Below are positions 19,243 to 30,295 of a stretch of DNA of 64,000 nucleotides, piece by piece. Within the stretch, counting starts at the first letter, position 1, and each line of letters opens with the position of its first letter. The notes under the pieces were generated by a model. The model searched no databases, had not been told where the DNA came from, and was given only the letters and a program-made list of their open reading frames with translations. The position numbers and the translations under genes are program-made. Origin of the DNA: Caldimicrobium sp. (lineage in GTDB: Bacteria; Desulfobacterota; Thermodesulfobacteria; Thermodesulfobacteriales; Thermodesulfobacteriaceae); NCBI GenBank assembly GCA_025060015.1, contig JANXDB010000066.1, positions 8,635-72,634 on the forward strand, in the 5' to 3' direction.

Positions 19243-20403
19243 TTATTTCAGCACTGCAAGACCTGGTAGCTCCTTACCCTCTAAGTACTCCAAAAAGGCT
19301 CCCCCTGCTGTGGAGGTATGAGAAAAGGCTGTGAGTACTCCTGCCATTTTCAGAGCTGAGAGGGTATCTCCCCCTCCAGCAACTGTGACGGCATTTAGAG
19401 TAGCAACCCTTCTTGCGACTCCAATGGTTCCCCAGTGATAGGGAATCCTTTCAAAATATCCCAAAGGACCATTCCAGATGAGAGTTTTTGCACCCTCTAA
19501 GGCTGAACAGAAATAATCAACAGTTTCATCTCCTATATCGAAAATCTTATCTCCCTCTTCAATCTCTTCTAAAAGGACCTCACAGGCCTCCTCCCCTCGT
19601 TCCACCACTGCATCAACAGGCAAATAGATCTTTACCTCCTGTTCTTTTGCCTCCTGAATGATCTCCTTTGCTATATCCAAGTATTCACTTTCAAGCAAAG
19701 AGGCACCTACTTTGTAGCCCAAAGCTGCAAGAAAGGTGTTAGCCATAGCTCCACCTATGATTAGTTTGTCGATTCGGGGAAGGAGATTTTTAAGGATGCC
19801 AATCTTTGTGGAAACTTTACTACCACCGATAATGGCATAAAATGGTCTTTCTGGTTTGCCAATTACCTTGGTTAGATATTTCAATTCCTTTTCGGTAAGA
19901 AATCCCACACCTTTTTCTTTCACAAGCTCTGCCACACCCACCACTGAGGCATGGGCCCTGTGACACACTGAAAAGGCATCATTAATAAAAACATCGGTGA
20001 AACTTGCTAAAAGTTGAGCAAACTGAGGGTCATTTTTGCTTTCTCCTTCATAAAAACGGATATTCTCAAGCAACAATACTTCTCCCTCTCCTAGATTAGA
20101 TACAAAGTTCTTTGCCTCTTCAGAGGTAATGTCTTCAAGGAATCTGACAGAGGCCTTCAATCTCCTTTGCAGATACTCAAAAACCGGACTCAAAGATAGC
20201 TCTGAAACCCTTTTACCCTTTGGCCTGCCTAAGTGGGAACAAAGGATAACCTTGGCACCGGCCTTAAGGGCATACTCAATAGTAGGCATAGCCTCTACAA
20301 TTCTGGTATCATCTAAAATAGTCCCCTTATCCATGGGCACATTAAAATCGACCCGTAGGAAAACCCTTTTTCCCTTTAAATCAAAGTCTCGTATGGTCTT
20401 CAT
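19243..20403 (-). CDS. pgk: Phosphoglycerate kinase
   Basis: RVDFNVP, SHLGRPKG, LENIRF, NDAFSVCHRAHAS, STAGGAFLEYLEGKELPG. Confidence 0.97.
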   Translation of the reverse strand: MKTIRDFDLKGKRVFLRVDFNVPMDKGTILDDTRIVEAMPTIEYALKAGAKVILCSHLGRPKGKRVSELSLSPVFEYLQRRLKASVRFLEDITSEEAKNFVSNLGEGEVLLLENIRFYEGESKNDPQFAQLLASFTDVFINDAFSVCHRAHASVVGVAELVKEKGVGFLTEKELKYLTKVIGKPERPFYAIIGGSKVSTKIGILKNLLPRIDKLIIGGAMANTFLAALGYKVGASLLESEYLDIAKEIIQEAKEQEVKIYLPVDAVVERGEEACEVLLEEIEEGDKIFDIGDETVDYFCSALEGAKTLIWNGPLGYFERIPYHWGTIGVARRVATLNAVTVAGGGDTLSALKMAGVLTAFSHTSTAGGAFLEYLEGKELPGLAVLK

Positions 20404-20417
20404 AGCTTCCCACCTCC

Positions 20418-20897
20418 TTAGAGGGTAGATATTCTCTTTAATAGACTAACAACTTCCAGGGCTGTGAAGGCTGCCTCTGCACCTTTATTTCCTGCCTTGG
20501 TGCCAGCTCTCTCTATGGCTTGCTCGATGGTATCTGTGGTTAGGATGCCAAAGATCACCGGTATTCCAGTTTCTAACATAACCTGTGCTATTCCCTTTGA
20601 GGCCTCTGCTGCTACGTATTCAAAATGTGGTGTAGCGCCTCTTATTATGGCTCCCAGACAAATTACCGCATCGAATTTCCCAGTGGATGCTAATTTTTTG
20701 GCAACCAGGGGTATTTCAAAGGCCCCGGGCACCCAAGTCACATATAGATCTTCCTCCTTCACCTTATGTCTCTTCAAGACATCAACGGCTCCCTCCAAAA
20801 GCCTTTGCGTTATAAAAACGTTAAACCTACTAACAACAAGTGCAAAGCGAAAACTCTCTCCCTCAAAATATCCCTCCAATACATGGTAACCATGCAT
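20418..20897 (-). CDS. ribH: 6,7-dimethyl-8-ribityllumazine synthase
   Basis: [31 protein letters not shown]. Confidence 0.97.
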   Translation of the reverse strand: MHGYHVLEGYFEGESFRFALVVSRFNVFITQRLLEGAVDVLKRHKVKEEDLYVTWVPGAFEIPLVAKKLASTGKFDAVICLGAIIRGATPHFEYVAAEASKGIAQVMLETGIPVIFGILTTDTIEQAIERAGTKAGNKGAEAAFTALEVVSLLKRISTL

Positions 20898-20919
20898 CTC
20901 CCCTACCTCCTAAGAATAC

Positions 20920-21234
20920 CTATTTCCTCTTGCTTTCACTGTATATTATGATCTTTTCTCCATCCTTTATGAATCCTAACTTGGTTCTGAGAAGCTCCTC
21001 ATAGGCCTGTTCACTACTTTGATATTTTTTAATCTCAGAGCGTAACATTTGATTATCAAGCTTTAATTTTTCCAATTCCTTGCTCTCCTTCTTTATTAAC
21101 CAATGGAGAAAAAGATAGATAGTCAAAGCGAAGAACACCAAAAGGGATATTACCACCAGCAAAATCCTCTTTATCCTTTTCTTTTTCTTTTTTTTTGAGT
21201 AGGGTCTGATGTAAATACTGGGTTCTTTTTTCAT
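20920..21234 (-). CDS. Septum formation initiator (FtsB/DivIC-like)
   Basis: Basic N-terminus, one TM helix, coiled coil, LRTKLGFIKDGE signature. Confidence 0.75.
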   Translation of the reverse strand: MKKEPSIYIRPYSKKKKKKRIKRILLVVISLLVFFALTIYLFLHWLIKKESKELEKLKLDNQMLRSEIKKYQSSEQAYEELLRTKLGFIKDGEKIIIYSESKRK

Positions 21235-21250
21235 CTCATAATGTATTATA

Positions 21251-21946
21251 CTAATACCACTGCCAAGGAGAAGAGGTATAAGTGGGTTTAATCGGAGAGG
21301 GGATATCTGTTAAGGGTTCATTTCCTTTGGAAGGCACGGTGATCTTGCGATCAAAAAGCAGTGGTTGAGGAGCTTTTTCAACCCCTGGAGGTGGCGGTGG
21401 TGGTGGAACCTGTACCTTCACCCTCAAAGGATCATCCTTCTTGGGCAACAACTTTGAAATCGCCTTTAGAGGATTAAGGCGTGAAACAAGGGAAACCTTC
21501 TCATCTTTCATAACAGTTTCAGAATGAGGTTTTGAGGTTGACCCCTTGAGTGATCCTCGAAGGTAGATCTGCAGATTTTCAAGTTCCCTCTCCAAAGCCA
21601 TCCAAAAATGCTCTGGTGTTGTTTCTCGAATAGTCTGCCAGAGTGTCCTTTTCTCCTTAGGATCAAGGAGATAAAGTTCTATTTGAGCTTTGGATGGAGA
21701 AGGGAAGATGAAATTACTCCTTAAGCGGGCTATTAGACCAGAATTTTGAATTTGCTCATTATGGATGAAAACAAGGTCTGGACCTTTATTGAGACGATCA
21801 AGAAGAAAGTTGTAAAGAGAACCTTTTAGATAACCGTATTCTCTCTCAGGTTTAATCTCAGGTGGAAGTATCCCAATATAGTGGGGGGAAGCTGCAACTC
21901 CAAGCCCCCACCATAGTAAAAGCAAGAAAGGGATGAATTTTAACAC
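21251..21946 (-). CDS. Hypothetical exported protein with a Pro-rich C-terminal region
   Basis: Signal-peptide-like N-terminus; PPPPPPPG tract. Confidence 0.6.
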   Translation of the reverse strand: MLKFIPFLLLLWWGLGVAASPHYIGILPPEIKPEREYGYLKGSLYNFLLDRLNKGPDLVFIHNEQIQNSGLIARLRSNFIFPSPSKAQIELYLLDPKEKRTLWQTIRETTPEHFWMALERELENLQIYLRGSLKGSTSKPHSETVMKDEKVSLVSRLNPLKAISKLLPKKDDPLRVKVQVPPPPPPPGVEKAPQPLLFDRKITVPSKGNEPLTDIPSPIKPTYTSSPWQWY

Positions 21947-24393
21947 TTTTTATCCTTAGATTCTCCACCCTTCAGAGCCTTTTCCTTTTCAGCTACCAAG
22001 AGCCTTGTTTTAACAATAGTGTCCGGGGTTAGACTCATGGAGTCAATACCGCACTCAACTAAAAATTCAGCGAAATCTGGAAAATCACTAGGTGCCTGTC
22101 CACAGATACCGATCTTTCTACCCATTTTTTTGGCTGTTTCAATGACCTGTCTTATCATCCTTTTAACAGCCTCATCTCTTTCGTCGTAAAGATGGGCGAC
22201 AAGTTCAGAGTCACGGTCAAGCCCTAAGGTCAGCTGAGTTAGATCATTAGATCCGATAGAAAATCCATCGAAAATCTCAGCAAATTTCTCCGCTAGGATC
22301 ACATTACTTGGAATCTCACACATCACATAGACTTCTAAACCATTCTCACCTCTTTTGAGACCATATTTTTCCATAACCTGTAAGACCCTTTTCCCCTCTT
22401 CAGGAGTTCTGCAGAAGGGTATCATCACCTTGACATTAGTTAGTCCCATCTCGTTTCTTACCTTAGCCAAGGCCTTACATTCCAAAGCAAAGGCAGGTTC
22501 AAACTTGGGATCATAGTAACGAGAGGCCCCTCTCCACCCTATCATAGGATTGTGTTCCTCTGGCTCATAGAGAAAGCCTCCGATGAGGTTGGCATATTCA
22601 TTACTCTTAAAGTCTGATAACCTTACGATGACATCCTTTGGATAGAAGGAAGCTCCAATGGTTGCCACTCCCTGGGCAAGCTTATCCACAAAGAAATCTG
22701 CCTTGTTATCATATCCGTAGGTTTTCTCCTCTATGATCTTAACCAATTTGGCAATTTTTTTATCACCTGTTGCCTTTTCTTTTAACTGATCAAACTGGAG
22801 AAGTGCCATAGGATGGATACCTATATGAGACCCAATAATGAATTCAAGACGGGCAAGTCCCACACCATCATTGGGAATCTGGCCCTGGGCGAAAGCCTGC
22901 TCAGGAATTCCTACGTTCATCATCACTTTGGTTTTGGTTGCTGGAATATTTTCAAGGTCAATCCTTTCCACATCAAAGGGAATTAGTCCCTCAAGAAGTC
23001 TACCCTCCTCCCCCTGAGTACAATCAACGGTTACATCCTGTCCTGTCTTAGCAATTTTAGTTGCCACCTCTGTTCCCACAATACAGGGGATACCTAATTC
23101 ACGGGAAACGATGGCAGCATGACAGGTCCTACCACCTTTGTCTGTAACGATAGCAGAGGCCTTTTTCATAATTGGTTCCCAGTCAGGATCTGTCATGGTG
23201 GTAATTAGCACTTCACCGGCCTTGAACTCAGATATGCCAGTCACGTCAAGGATTACTCTTGCTTTTCCTTGTCCTATTTTGCTTCCCACAGCCTTACCTG
23301 TGCACAGAACCTTACCTTCTCCTTTGAGTTTATAAATTTCGTAGAACTTTTGTTCCTTTATAGCATGAACGGTTTCAGGTCTTGCCTGAACAATAAAGAG
23401 CTCTCCTGTGCCCACTTCCCTTCCATCACCGTCTTTGGCCCACTCTATATCCATAGGTCTTCCATAATGATCTTCGATGATCATAGCCCACTGAGCTAAT
23501 TTTAGGATTTCGTCATCGCTCAAAACAAATGATGCTCGTTCCGCTTTAGTCGTCTTTAACTCCCTTAGAGGCTGTTTTGAACTCCTACCATAAACCAATT
23601 TGATATCCTTACTTCCCAATTTCTTGGAAAGAATAGGCCTAAATCCCTCTTTTAGCGTCGGCTTGAAGACATAAAACTCATCTGGGTTTACCTTCCCCTG
23701 TACCACATACTCTCCTAATCCCCAAGATCCTGTGATATAAACCACATCTCTAAACCCTGACTCCGTATCCAAGGTGAAGATAACACCAGAGCTTGCCCTG
23801 TCGGAGCGGATCATCTTTTGCACGGCAACGGAGAGATAAACGGAAAAATGATCAAAACCCTTGTCCTGCCTATAGGAAATGGCTCTGTCGGTAAAAAGGG
23901 AGGCAAAACAGCGTTGCACGTGATGAACAACATTTTCAGCACCGCGCACGTTGAGATAGGTCTCCTGCTGACCTGCAAAGGAGGCATCTGGCAAATCCTC
24001 AGCAGTTGCTGAGGAACGTACTGCCACATCCAAATCTTTTTTTCTATATTTTTCATTTATTCTTTCATAGGCTTTGAGGATCTCTTCAGCTAGCTTTGGG
24101 GGCATCTTTGCATGAAGTATTAAGTTTCTAACCTTTTTTCCTCTCTTTTGTAGATCATGCACATCATGGGTATCCAAGCCCTTAAGAGCAGCCTTAATCT
24201 GATCATCTAAGTGGTTTTCATGAATGAAGTATCTATAGGCCTCGGCAGTTACCGCAAATCCATAAGGGACATTGACTCCCTTTGAGGTAAGCTTAGAATA
24301 CATCTCACCAAGAGACGCATTCTTCCCACCAACCAAAGGCACATCGTCATAGGTTATTTCATCAAACCAGAGAATAAATGGCTTTGCCGCCAT
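21940..24393 (-). CDS. ppsA: Phosphoenolpyruvate synthase
   Basis: VGGKNASLGEM, RSSATAEDLPDASFAGQQET, GGRTCHAAIVSRE, SIGSNDLTQL; ATG at 24393 has RBS GGAGGG. Confidence 0.97.
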   Translation of the reverse strand: MAAKPFILWFDEITYDDVPLVGGKNASLGEMYSKLTSKGVNVPYGFAVTAEAYRYFIHENHLDDQIKAALKGLDTHDVHDLQKRGKKVRNLILHAKMPPKLAEEILKAYERINEKYRKKDLDVAVRSSATAEDLPDASFAGQQETYLNVRGAENVVHHVQRCFASLFTDRAISYRQDKGFDHFSVYLSVAVQKMIRSDRASSGVIFTLDTESGFRDVVYITGSWGLGEYVVQGKVNPDEFYVFKPTLKEGFRPILSKKLGSKDIKLVYGRSSKQPLRELKTTKAERASFVLSDDEILKLAQWAMIIEDHYGRPMDIEWAKDGDGREVGTGELFIVQARPETVHAIKEQKFYEIYKLKGEGKVLCTGKAVGSKIGQGKARVILDVTGISEFKAGEVLITTMTDPDWEPIMKKASAIVTDKGGRTCHAAIVSRELGIPCIVGTEVATKIAKTGQDVTVDCTQGEEGRLLEGLIPFDVERIDLENIPATKTKVMMNVGIPEQAFAQGQIPNDGVGLARLEFIIGSHIGIHPMALLQFDQLKEKATGDKKIAKLVKIIEEKTYGYDNKADFFVDKLAQGVATIGASFYPKDVIVRLSDFKSNEYANLIGGFLYEPEEHNPMIGWRGASRYYDPKFEPAFALECKALAKVRNEMGLTNVKVMIPFCRTPEEGKRVLQVMEKYGLKRGENGLEVYVMCEIPSNVILAEKFAEIFDGFSIGSNDLTQLTLGLDRDSELVAHLYDERDEAVKRMIRQVIETAKKMGRKIGICGQAPSDFPDFAEFLVECGIDSMSLTPDTIVKTRLLVAEKEKALKGGESKDKKC

Positions 24394-24419
24394 AAGCCCC
24401 TCCATTGTAAATTTTAGAA

Positions 24420-24448
24420 AAAATAGCAAAATTTAAAATTTTTGTCAA
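24420..24448 (-). promoter_or_regulatory. sigma70-type promoter for ppsA
   Basis: TTGACA-17 nt-TATTTT. Confidence 0.55.
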
Positions 24449-24752
24449 GATAGTGTAGGCACCCATACTCTGCCTATGGCAAACTCGATGATTTACTTTA
24501 AATTTTAAACCATACTTTAAGCCTTACAGATGTGTAAAATGTTTTTAACCTCATTCCTAAAACCCATCTCCGTCTATCTCATCGTCTAAAGCCCTTACCC
24601 TAAATCCTTTTCCATTAAAACAGTTGAAAGTCTAGATCTCTGATGAGTTTTAAAGTAAGTTTTTGAAAGAAAAGATATAAAAGTATTAGACTTTAAATTA
24701 AAATTTGATATAATTACTTTACATACGACCCAAAATACAAAGGAGGTGACCT

Positions 24753-25259
24753 ATGGAGAGAAAGGTAACGCTCTTTGGGAATCCTGTAACCCTCATTGGT
24801 AACGAGGTTAAGGTTGGTGACAGGGCTCCTGACTTCCTGGTGTTGGACAAGGACCTAAAAGAGGTGAAGCTAAGCGACTTTAAGGGCAAGATCAAGCTAA
24901 TCAGTGTTACTCCCTCCTTGGATACACCAGTTTGCGATCTTCAGGCAAGAACCTTCAATGAAAGGGCAAGCAAGCTCTCAGAGGACATTGTAATACTTAA
25001 CATCAGTATGGATTTACCCTTTGCCATTGCAAGATTTTGCTCCGCTGCAGGAATTGAAAAGGTCAAGGTTTTATCAGACCACAGAGAGGCCTCCTTTGGT
25101 CTTGCCTACGGCCTTTTGATCAAGGAACTCAGACTACTTAGCAGAGCTGTGCTGATTGTTGATAAAGATGATATCATCAGATACATAGAGATAGTGCCTG
25201 AAGTAACAAATCATCCCGACTATGAAAGGGCCTTTGAGGAGCTATCTAAGGTTACTTAA
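24753..25259 (+). CDS. tpx: Thiol peroxidase
   Basis: PSLDTPVCD, ISMDLPFAIARFC. Confidence 0.95.
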   Translation: MERKVTLFGNPVTLIGNEVKVGDRAPDFLVLDKDLKEVKLSDFKGKIKLISVTPSLDTPVCDLQARTFNERASKLSEDIVILNISMDLPFAIARFCSAAGIEKVKVLSDHREASFGLAYGLLIKELRLLSRAVLIVDKDDIIRYIEIVPEVTNHPDYERAFEELSKVT

Positions 25260-25271
25260 GAGGTTAAAGAT

Positions 25272-25784
25272 ATGAGAGCTCTTATACTAAGTGCAGACAA
25301 TTTTGAGGATACAGAGCTTCTCTATCCCTTTTATAGACTCATTGAAGAAGGGTTTGAAGTAGACATAGCCTCACTCAAAAAAGGAGATCTCAATGGCAAA
25401 AATGGTTACAAAGTTACTGCCAACCTGTCTCTCGAGGAAGTAGATCCCGAGAGGTATCAACTTTTAATATTACCAGGTGGAAAAGCTCCAGCAGTGCTAC
25501 GTAAGGAGCCGCAAGTCTTAGAAATAGTGAAGCATTTTTATCATAAGAATAAGGTAATTGGCGCCATTTGTCATGGGCCACAGATTTTAATCTCTGCAGG
25601 ACTCCTGAAAGATAAGAGGGCCACAGCCTATAAAAGTGTTGCTAAGGAATTAAAGGAGGCAGGTGCAAACTATGAAGATGCAGAGGTTGTCGTAGATGAG
25701 AATATCATAACCTCACGTATGCCTGCGGATTTACCCTTCTTTATGAGAACCATTTTGGAAAAAATAAAAGAGTATGCTACTTAG
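25272..25784 (+). CDS. pfpI: PfpI/DJ-1 family cysteine peptidase/deglycase
   Basis: FEDTELLYP, LPGGKAP, AICHGPQ. Confidence 0.9.
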   Translation: MRALILSADNFEDTELLYPFYRLIEEGFEVDIASLKKGDLNGKNGYKVTANLSLEEVDPERYQLLILPGGKAPAVLRKEPQVLEIVKHFYHKNKVIGAICHGPQILISAGLLKDKRATAYKSVAKELKEAGANYEDAEVVVDENIITSRMPADLPFFMRTILEKIKEYAT

Positions 25785-25795
25785 GAGACAAACCC

Positions 25796-26404
25796 ATGAA
25801 GGTTTTAATTGTCTATTACAGCACCTTTGGTAATACCTATAAAATGGCTTTGGAGATAGCAGAAGGGGTCCAAGGGGTGCCTGGAGCTATACCTATTATT
25901 CGAACTGTGCCAGAACTAATTCCTGAGGAGATAATTCAATCAAGAGAGGACATCAGGAGAGGAAAAGAACTTCAAAAGGATGTTCCTTTAGTTACACTAG
26001 ATGACTTTCGTTCAGCTGGAGCCATCGCCTTTGGCACACCAACCCGTTTTGGTTCTGTCTCTGCCCAGTTGAAGAACCAAATTGATAGACTATCTCCGCT
26101 TTGGCAAGAGGGGGCTTTGGAGGGAAAGCCTGCAGGCATCTTTGTATCAACTGCTACCCTTCATGGGGGACAGGAAATGACCATCTTTTCCTTGCTTCCT
26201 TCTCTTCTTCATTTGGGGATGATCTTTGTTGGTGTGCCCTACTCTGTAAAAAATCTCTTCACCACCACCGGAGGGGGCTCACCTTATGGACCAGGTCATG
26301 TAGCAGGAGATAACTCTCAAAGAGATCTGGACTCAGACGAAAGGGCTATTCTTAGAGCCTTTGGCAGACGCCTTGCAGAGATTGGCTTTAAGTTGATGAA
26401 ATAG
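25796..26404 (+). CDS. wrbA: NAD(P)H:quinone oxidoreductase, type IV flavodoxin
   Basis: YSTFGNT, GTPTRFG, TLHGGQE, GGSPYG. Confidence 0.93.
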   Translation: MKVLIVYYSTFGNTYKMALEIAEGVQGVPGAIPIIRTVPELIPEEIIQSREDIRRGKELQKDVPLVTLDDFRSAGAIAFGTPTRFGSVSAQLKNQIDRLSPLWQEGALEGKPAGIFVSTATLHGGQEMTIFSLLPSLLHLGMIFVGVPYSVKNLFTTTGGGSPYGPGHVAGDNSQRDLDSDERAILRAFGRRLAEIGFKLMK

Positions 26405-26406
26405 GC

Positions 26407-26958
26407 ATGTTGCTACTTCATATCTGCTGTGGCCCCTGTGCACTTTATCCCCTTGAACAACTTAAACAGAGGGGTTATCCTGTTAAAGGCCTCTTTTACA
26501 ATCCCAACATCCATCCCTATTTGGAGTTTAAGGCTAGAATTCAGGCATTAGAGACGGTGTCAAAGAGGGAAAAAGTTGAAATCCTCTGGGTTAAAGACTA
26601 TGGTTTAGAGTTTTTTTTAGAGGAGACTCTCTTTCAATGGGAAAAGCCCAAGAGATGTGAGAGATGTTATTACATGCGCCTAAAGAAGACAGTTGAGGTT
26701 GCCCTTGAGCTTAGAGCAGAGGCCTTTAGCACCACCTTACTTCAAAGCCCCTTTCAATTTCATGAGCTAATCAAGGAAATTGGAGAGGAACTTGAGGATC
26801 GTTATAAAATCACCTTTTTCTATGAGGATTGGCGTAGAGGATATAAGGAGGGTAAGGCTAAAGCTATGGAGCTTGGTGTATACCGTCAAAAATACTGTGG
26901 ATGCCTTTTTAGCGAAAAGGAGAGATATCTTCCCCATAGAAAAGAGAAAATATATTAG
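26407..26958 (+). CDS. queH: Epoxyqueuosine reductase QueH
   Basis: LLHICCGPC, YNPNIHP, RCERCY, YRQKYCGC. Confidence 0.93.
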   Translation: MLLLHICCGPCALYPLEQLKQRGYPVKGLFYNPNIHPYLEFKARIQALETVSKREKVEILWVKDYGLEFFLEETLFQWEKPKRCERCYYMRLKKTVEVALELRAEAFSTTLLQSPFQFHELIKEIGEELEDRYKITFFYEDWRRGYKEGKAKAMELGVYRQKYCGCLFSEKERYLPHRKEKIY

Positions 26959-26988
26959 TTTCAAAGGGTCCATCAAAGGAGGTGTGTT

Positions 26989-27438
26989 ATGGGCTTATTC
27001 GACAAGATAAAAAAATTCATTGACAAACAGATGGTTCAAGCTAAAAAGGACAATGTCTTAGTTTCGGCCATTTATCACATAATGGTTGAGGATTTGGGTT
27101 GGAAGCCAAAAAAGGTTAACCTTGGTGTGGATGTGCATGAAATGGAGTTTTACAAACCGGGTAGCCCTTTGACTGAACTCGACATCAAAGCAGAAAGATC
27201 TGGGGGGAAGCTCTATCTTAAGTTTGAGGGAGAGTTGAAATATGGAGGTGCCTTAGGAAGTATTTTAGAGGATCTATTTGACATAGACATGGAAAGGGAG
27301 ATAAAGTACAACCTAGCACTTAATCTATCAGAATTCGTTAATGAAAATCTAGAAGTCATCAATGAAGGAGAGCTAAAAAGGATGCTAAATTCCTACATAT
27401 CCATGATAGAAGAGAGGGCAGGTAAGATCAGGAGCTAA
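26989..27438 (+). CDS. Hypothetical protein
   Basis: 149-aa ORF with strong RBS AAAGGAGGTG; no motif recognised. Confidence 0.7.
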   Translation: MGLFDKIKKFIDKQMVQAKKDNVLVSAIYHIMVEDLGWKPKKVNLGVDVHEMEFYKPGSPLTELDIKAERSGGKLYLKFEGELKYGGALGSILEDLFDIDMEREIKYNLALNLSEFVNENLEVINEGELKRMLNSYISMIEERAGKIRS

Positions 27439-27532
27439 GAGGTTTTAAACTCCTTAGCTTGCTATTAACTCAAATGATATTAAATTTTACATATAAACTT
27501 AAAGTCTTTTTTACAAAGAGGAATAAAAGGTT

Positions 27533-30295
27533 ATGATTACGCAACTCATTACCAAAATAGTGGGAACTAAAAATGAGAGAGAACTGAGAAAACTAAAACC
27601 TCTTGTAGAACGTATAAACTCCTTAGAACAATCAGTCCAAAAACTCTCTGATGTTGATCTAGCACAGAAGACCTCGGAGTTCAAAGAGAAGCTATCCAAG
27701 GGAGCTTCCTTGGATGAGATTCTTCCCGAGGCCTTTGCTGTTGTAAGAGAGGCATCACGTAGAATTCTTGGCCTGCGTCACTTTGATGTTCAGCTTATGG
27801 GTGGTATTGTCCTTCACCAAGGTAAAATCGCTGAGATGAAAACCGGCGAGGGGAAAACCCTGGTTGCCACCCTGCCTGCCTATCTCAATGCCCTTACCGG
27901 AAAGGGTATTCATATTGTTACAGTAAACGACTATCTTGCTAAGAGAGATGCGGAGTGGATGGGCCCTATTTATCGCTTTCTTGGTCTGAAAGTAGCCTAT
28001 CTCCTTAATGGCATGGATGATAGCGAGAGGAAGAGAGCCTATCAGGCTGACATACTTTATGGCACAAACTCTGAGTTCGGGTTTGATTATCTAAGAGACA
28101 ATATGAAGTATTCCCTTGAAGATATGGTTCAGCGGGGCCATTACTTCGCTATTATAGATGAGGTTGACTCCATTTTAATCGATGAAGCCCGAACCCCTCT
28201 TATTATCTCAGGACCATCAGAGGAATCAACCGATCTTTATTACTATGTTGACGAGATAGTGAGAAAACTGAAGAAAGATATCCACTTTACCATTGATGAA
28301 AAGAACAAAAGTGCTCACCTTACCGAGGAGGGCATATTCCTGTGTGAAAGGCTTCTGGATGTTAAGAATCTTTACAACCCAAAGAATGTTCGCCTTGTTC
28401 ATCACATAAACCAAGCTCTCAGGGCACACCATCTATTTAAAAGAGATGTGGACTATGTGGTCAAGGATGGCAAGATCATAATTGTAGATGAGTTTACTGG
28501 CAGACTCATGCCTGGTAGGCGTTGGAGTGATGGCCTCCATCAGGCTGTAGAAGCTAAAGAAAGGGTGCGCATTGAAGCAGAAAACCAAACCCTTGCCACC
28601 ATTACCATTCAGAATTACTTTCGCATGTATGAAAAATTAGCTGGAATGACAGGCACAGCTGAAACAGAGGCTGCAGAATTCAAAGAGATATACAATTTAG
28701 ATGTGGTGGTAATTCCCACCCATAAGCCGATGATCAGAAAGGATTTTCCAGATATGGTTTTTCGCACTTTCAAAGAAAAAGTAGAGAAGGTAGTGGAGGA
28801 AATTGAGGAGAACTATAAAAAAGGCAGACCTGTGCTTGTAGGCACGACCTCTATAGAAAAAAGCGAACTCCTCTCAAAGATGCTCAAGAAGAAAAAAATT
28901 CCCCACCAGGTATTGAACGCTAAACATCATGAAAGGGAGGCCCAAATCATTGCTCAGGCCGGCAGATCTCATGCGGTAACCATTGCCACCAACATGGCAG
29001 GTAGGGGAGTCGACATCCTCCTTGGAGGCAATCCTGAAGGTTTAGCCAAAGCTCAACTAGAAACAGAAGGTTATGATCTCTCAGAGATCCCAGAGAGGGC
29101 CTGGAATGAGGTTCTAGCCTTAGCTAGGCAGGGAGTTAACCCCCTGGAAAAATATCAGGATTACTGGGCTAAGGTTCTTTATGAAAAATACTTGGATTGC
29201 ATGAGAGATGCGGAGAAAGTAAAAGCCCTTGGAGGCCTCTACATAATCGGCACCGAGAGACATGAATCAAGAAGGGTAGATAACCAACTTAGGGGTAGAG
29301 CAGGCAGACAGGGTGATCCTGGAGCAAGTAAATTCTTCCTCTCCTTGGAGGATGATCTTTTAAGACTTTTTGGATCAGAAAAGTTAAAAACCTTTATGGA
29401 CAAATTAGGTCTACCAGAGGGAGAATCTTTGGAACATCCCTGGCTAAGCAAGGCCATAGAACAGGCACAAAAAAAAGTAGAGGCCTATCACTTTGAAATA
29501 AGAAAACATCTCTTAGAGTACGACGATGTTATGAATAAACAAAGAGAGACCATCTATTCTCAAAGAAAGGAGATTCTCACTAGTGCCTCTATCAAAGACT
29601 GGATCCTATCTATGATAGAAGAGGAAGTGGAACATCTAGCAAAAGCCAACCTACCACCGGAAAAGGTTATTCCACCTGAGGCTCTTGAAAAATTGAAAGC
29701 TTCCTTCAGAGAGATCTTTGCCTTTGAACCAGAGATCAACCATGCTAATCTTGAGTATAGCAACGTTGTAAAGGATCTTACAGAAAAGGTTTGTCTTAGA
29801 TATGAACAAAAGGAGAAAAACATAGGTCCAGATCTGATGAGGAACTTAGAAAAGTACTTTCTCTTGACAACCATTGATACCCTTTGGAAGGAGCATCTCT
29901 TACTTCTTGACCATGTTAAGGAAAGTGTAGGTTTAAGAGGTTACGGACAGAAAAACCCTCTTCAGGAGTATAAAAGAGAGGCCTTCCATCTCTTCGTGGA
30001 TTTAATGCAGAAGATCAGAGAAACAACCCTTTCCTACCTCTTTCGTGTAGAGGTGAGAGAGGAAGCAGAGCGGGTTCAGGAGATGATCCTTGAAGAAGGC
30101 GAAATTGATGAGAACAAGCTTCAGTTCAAGCGGGAAGATCCCTTTCAAGAAAAAGAGTCTAAGTTAGAACCTGTGAGAAGCTCTAAAATAGGAAGAAACG
30201 AACCATGCCCCTGTGGTAGTGGCAAAAAATATAAAAAATGCTGTGGCAGAGATATTTTTGAAATGGAGAAGAAACATGAGATGTCCCAAGTGTAG
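27533..30295 (+). CDS. secA: Preprotein translocase subunit SecA
   Basis: [27 protein letters not shown]-terminal [13 protein letters not shown]. Confidence 0.98.
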   Translation: MITQLITKIVGTKNERELRKLKPLVERINSLEQSVQKLSDVDLAQKTSEFKEKLSKGASLDEILPEAFAVVREASRRILGLRHFDVQLMGGIVLHQGKIAEMKTGEGKTLVATLPAYLNALTGKGIHIVTVNDYLAKRDAEWMGPIYRFLGLKVAYLLNGMDDSERKRAYQADILYGTNSEFGFDYLRDNMKYSLEDMVQRGHYFAIIDEVDSILIDEARTPLIISGPSEESTDLYYYVDEIVRKLKKDIHFTIDEKNKSAHLTEEGIFLCERLLDVKNLYNPKNVRLVHHINQALRAHHLFKRDVDYVVKDGKIIIVDEFTGRLMPGRRWSDGLHQAVEAKERVRIEAENQTLATITIQNYFRMYEKLAGMTGTAETEAAEFKEIYNLDVVVIPTHKPMIRKDFPDMVFRTFKEKVEKVVEEIEENYKKGRPVLVGTTSIEKSELLSKMLKKKKIPHQVLNAKHHEREAQIIAQAGRSHAVTIATNMAGRGVDILLGGNPEGLAKAQLETEGYDLSEIPERAWNEVLALARQGVNPLEKYQDYWAKVLYEKYLDCMRDAEKVKALGGLYIIGTERHESRRVDNQLRGRAGRQGDPGASKFFLSLEDDLLRLFGSEKLKTFMDKLGLPEGESLEHPWLSKAIEQAQKKVEAYHFEIRKHLLEYDDVMNKQRETIYSQRKEILTSASIKDWILSMIEEEVEHLAKANLPPEKVIPPEALEKLKASFREIFAFEPEINHANLEYSNVVKDLTEKVCLRYEQKEKNIGPDLMRNLEKYFLLTTIDTLWKEHLLLLDHVKESVGLRGYGQKNPLQEYKREAFHLFVDLMQKIRETTLSYLFRVEVREEAERVQEMILEEGEIDENKLQFKREDPFQEKESKLEPVRSSKIGRNEPCPCGSGKKYKKCCGRDIFEMEKKHEMSQV

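Noticed and set aside
24449-24752. Small ORF or ncRNA in the ppsA-tpx spacer
   Set aside because: Only very short frames and no stable hairpins recognised; consistent with divergent promoters.
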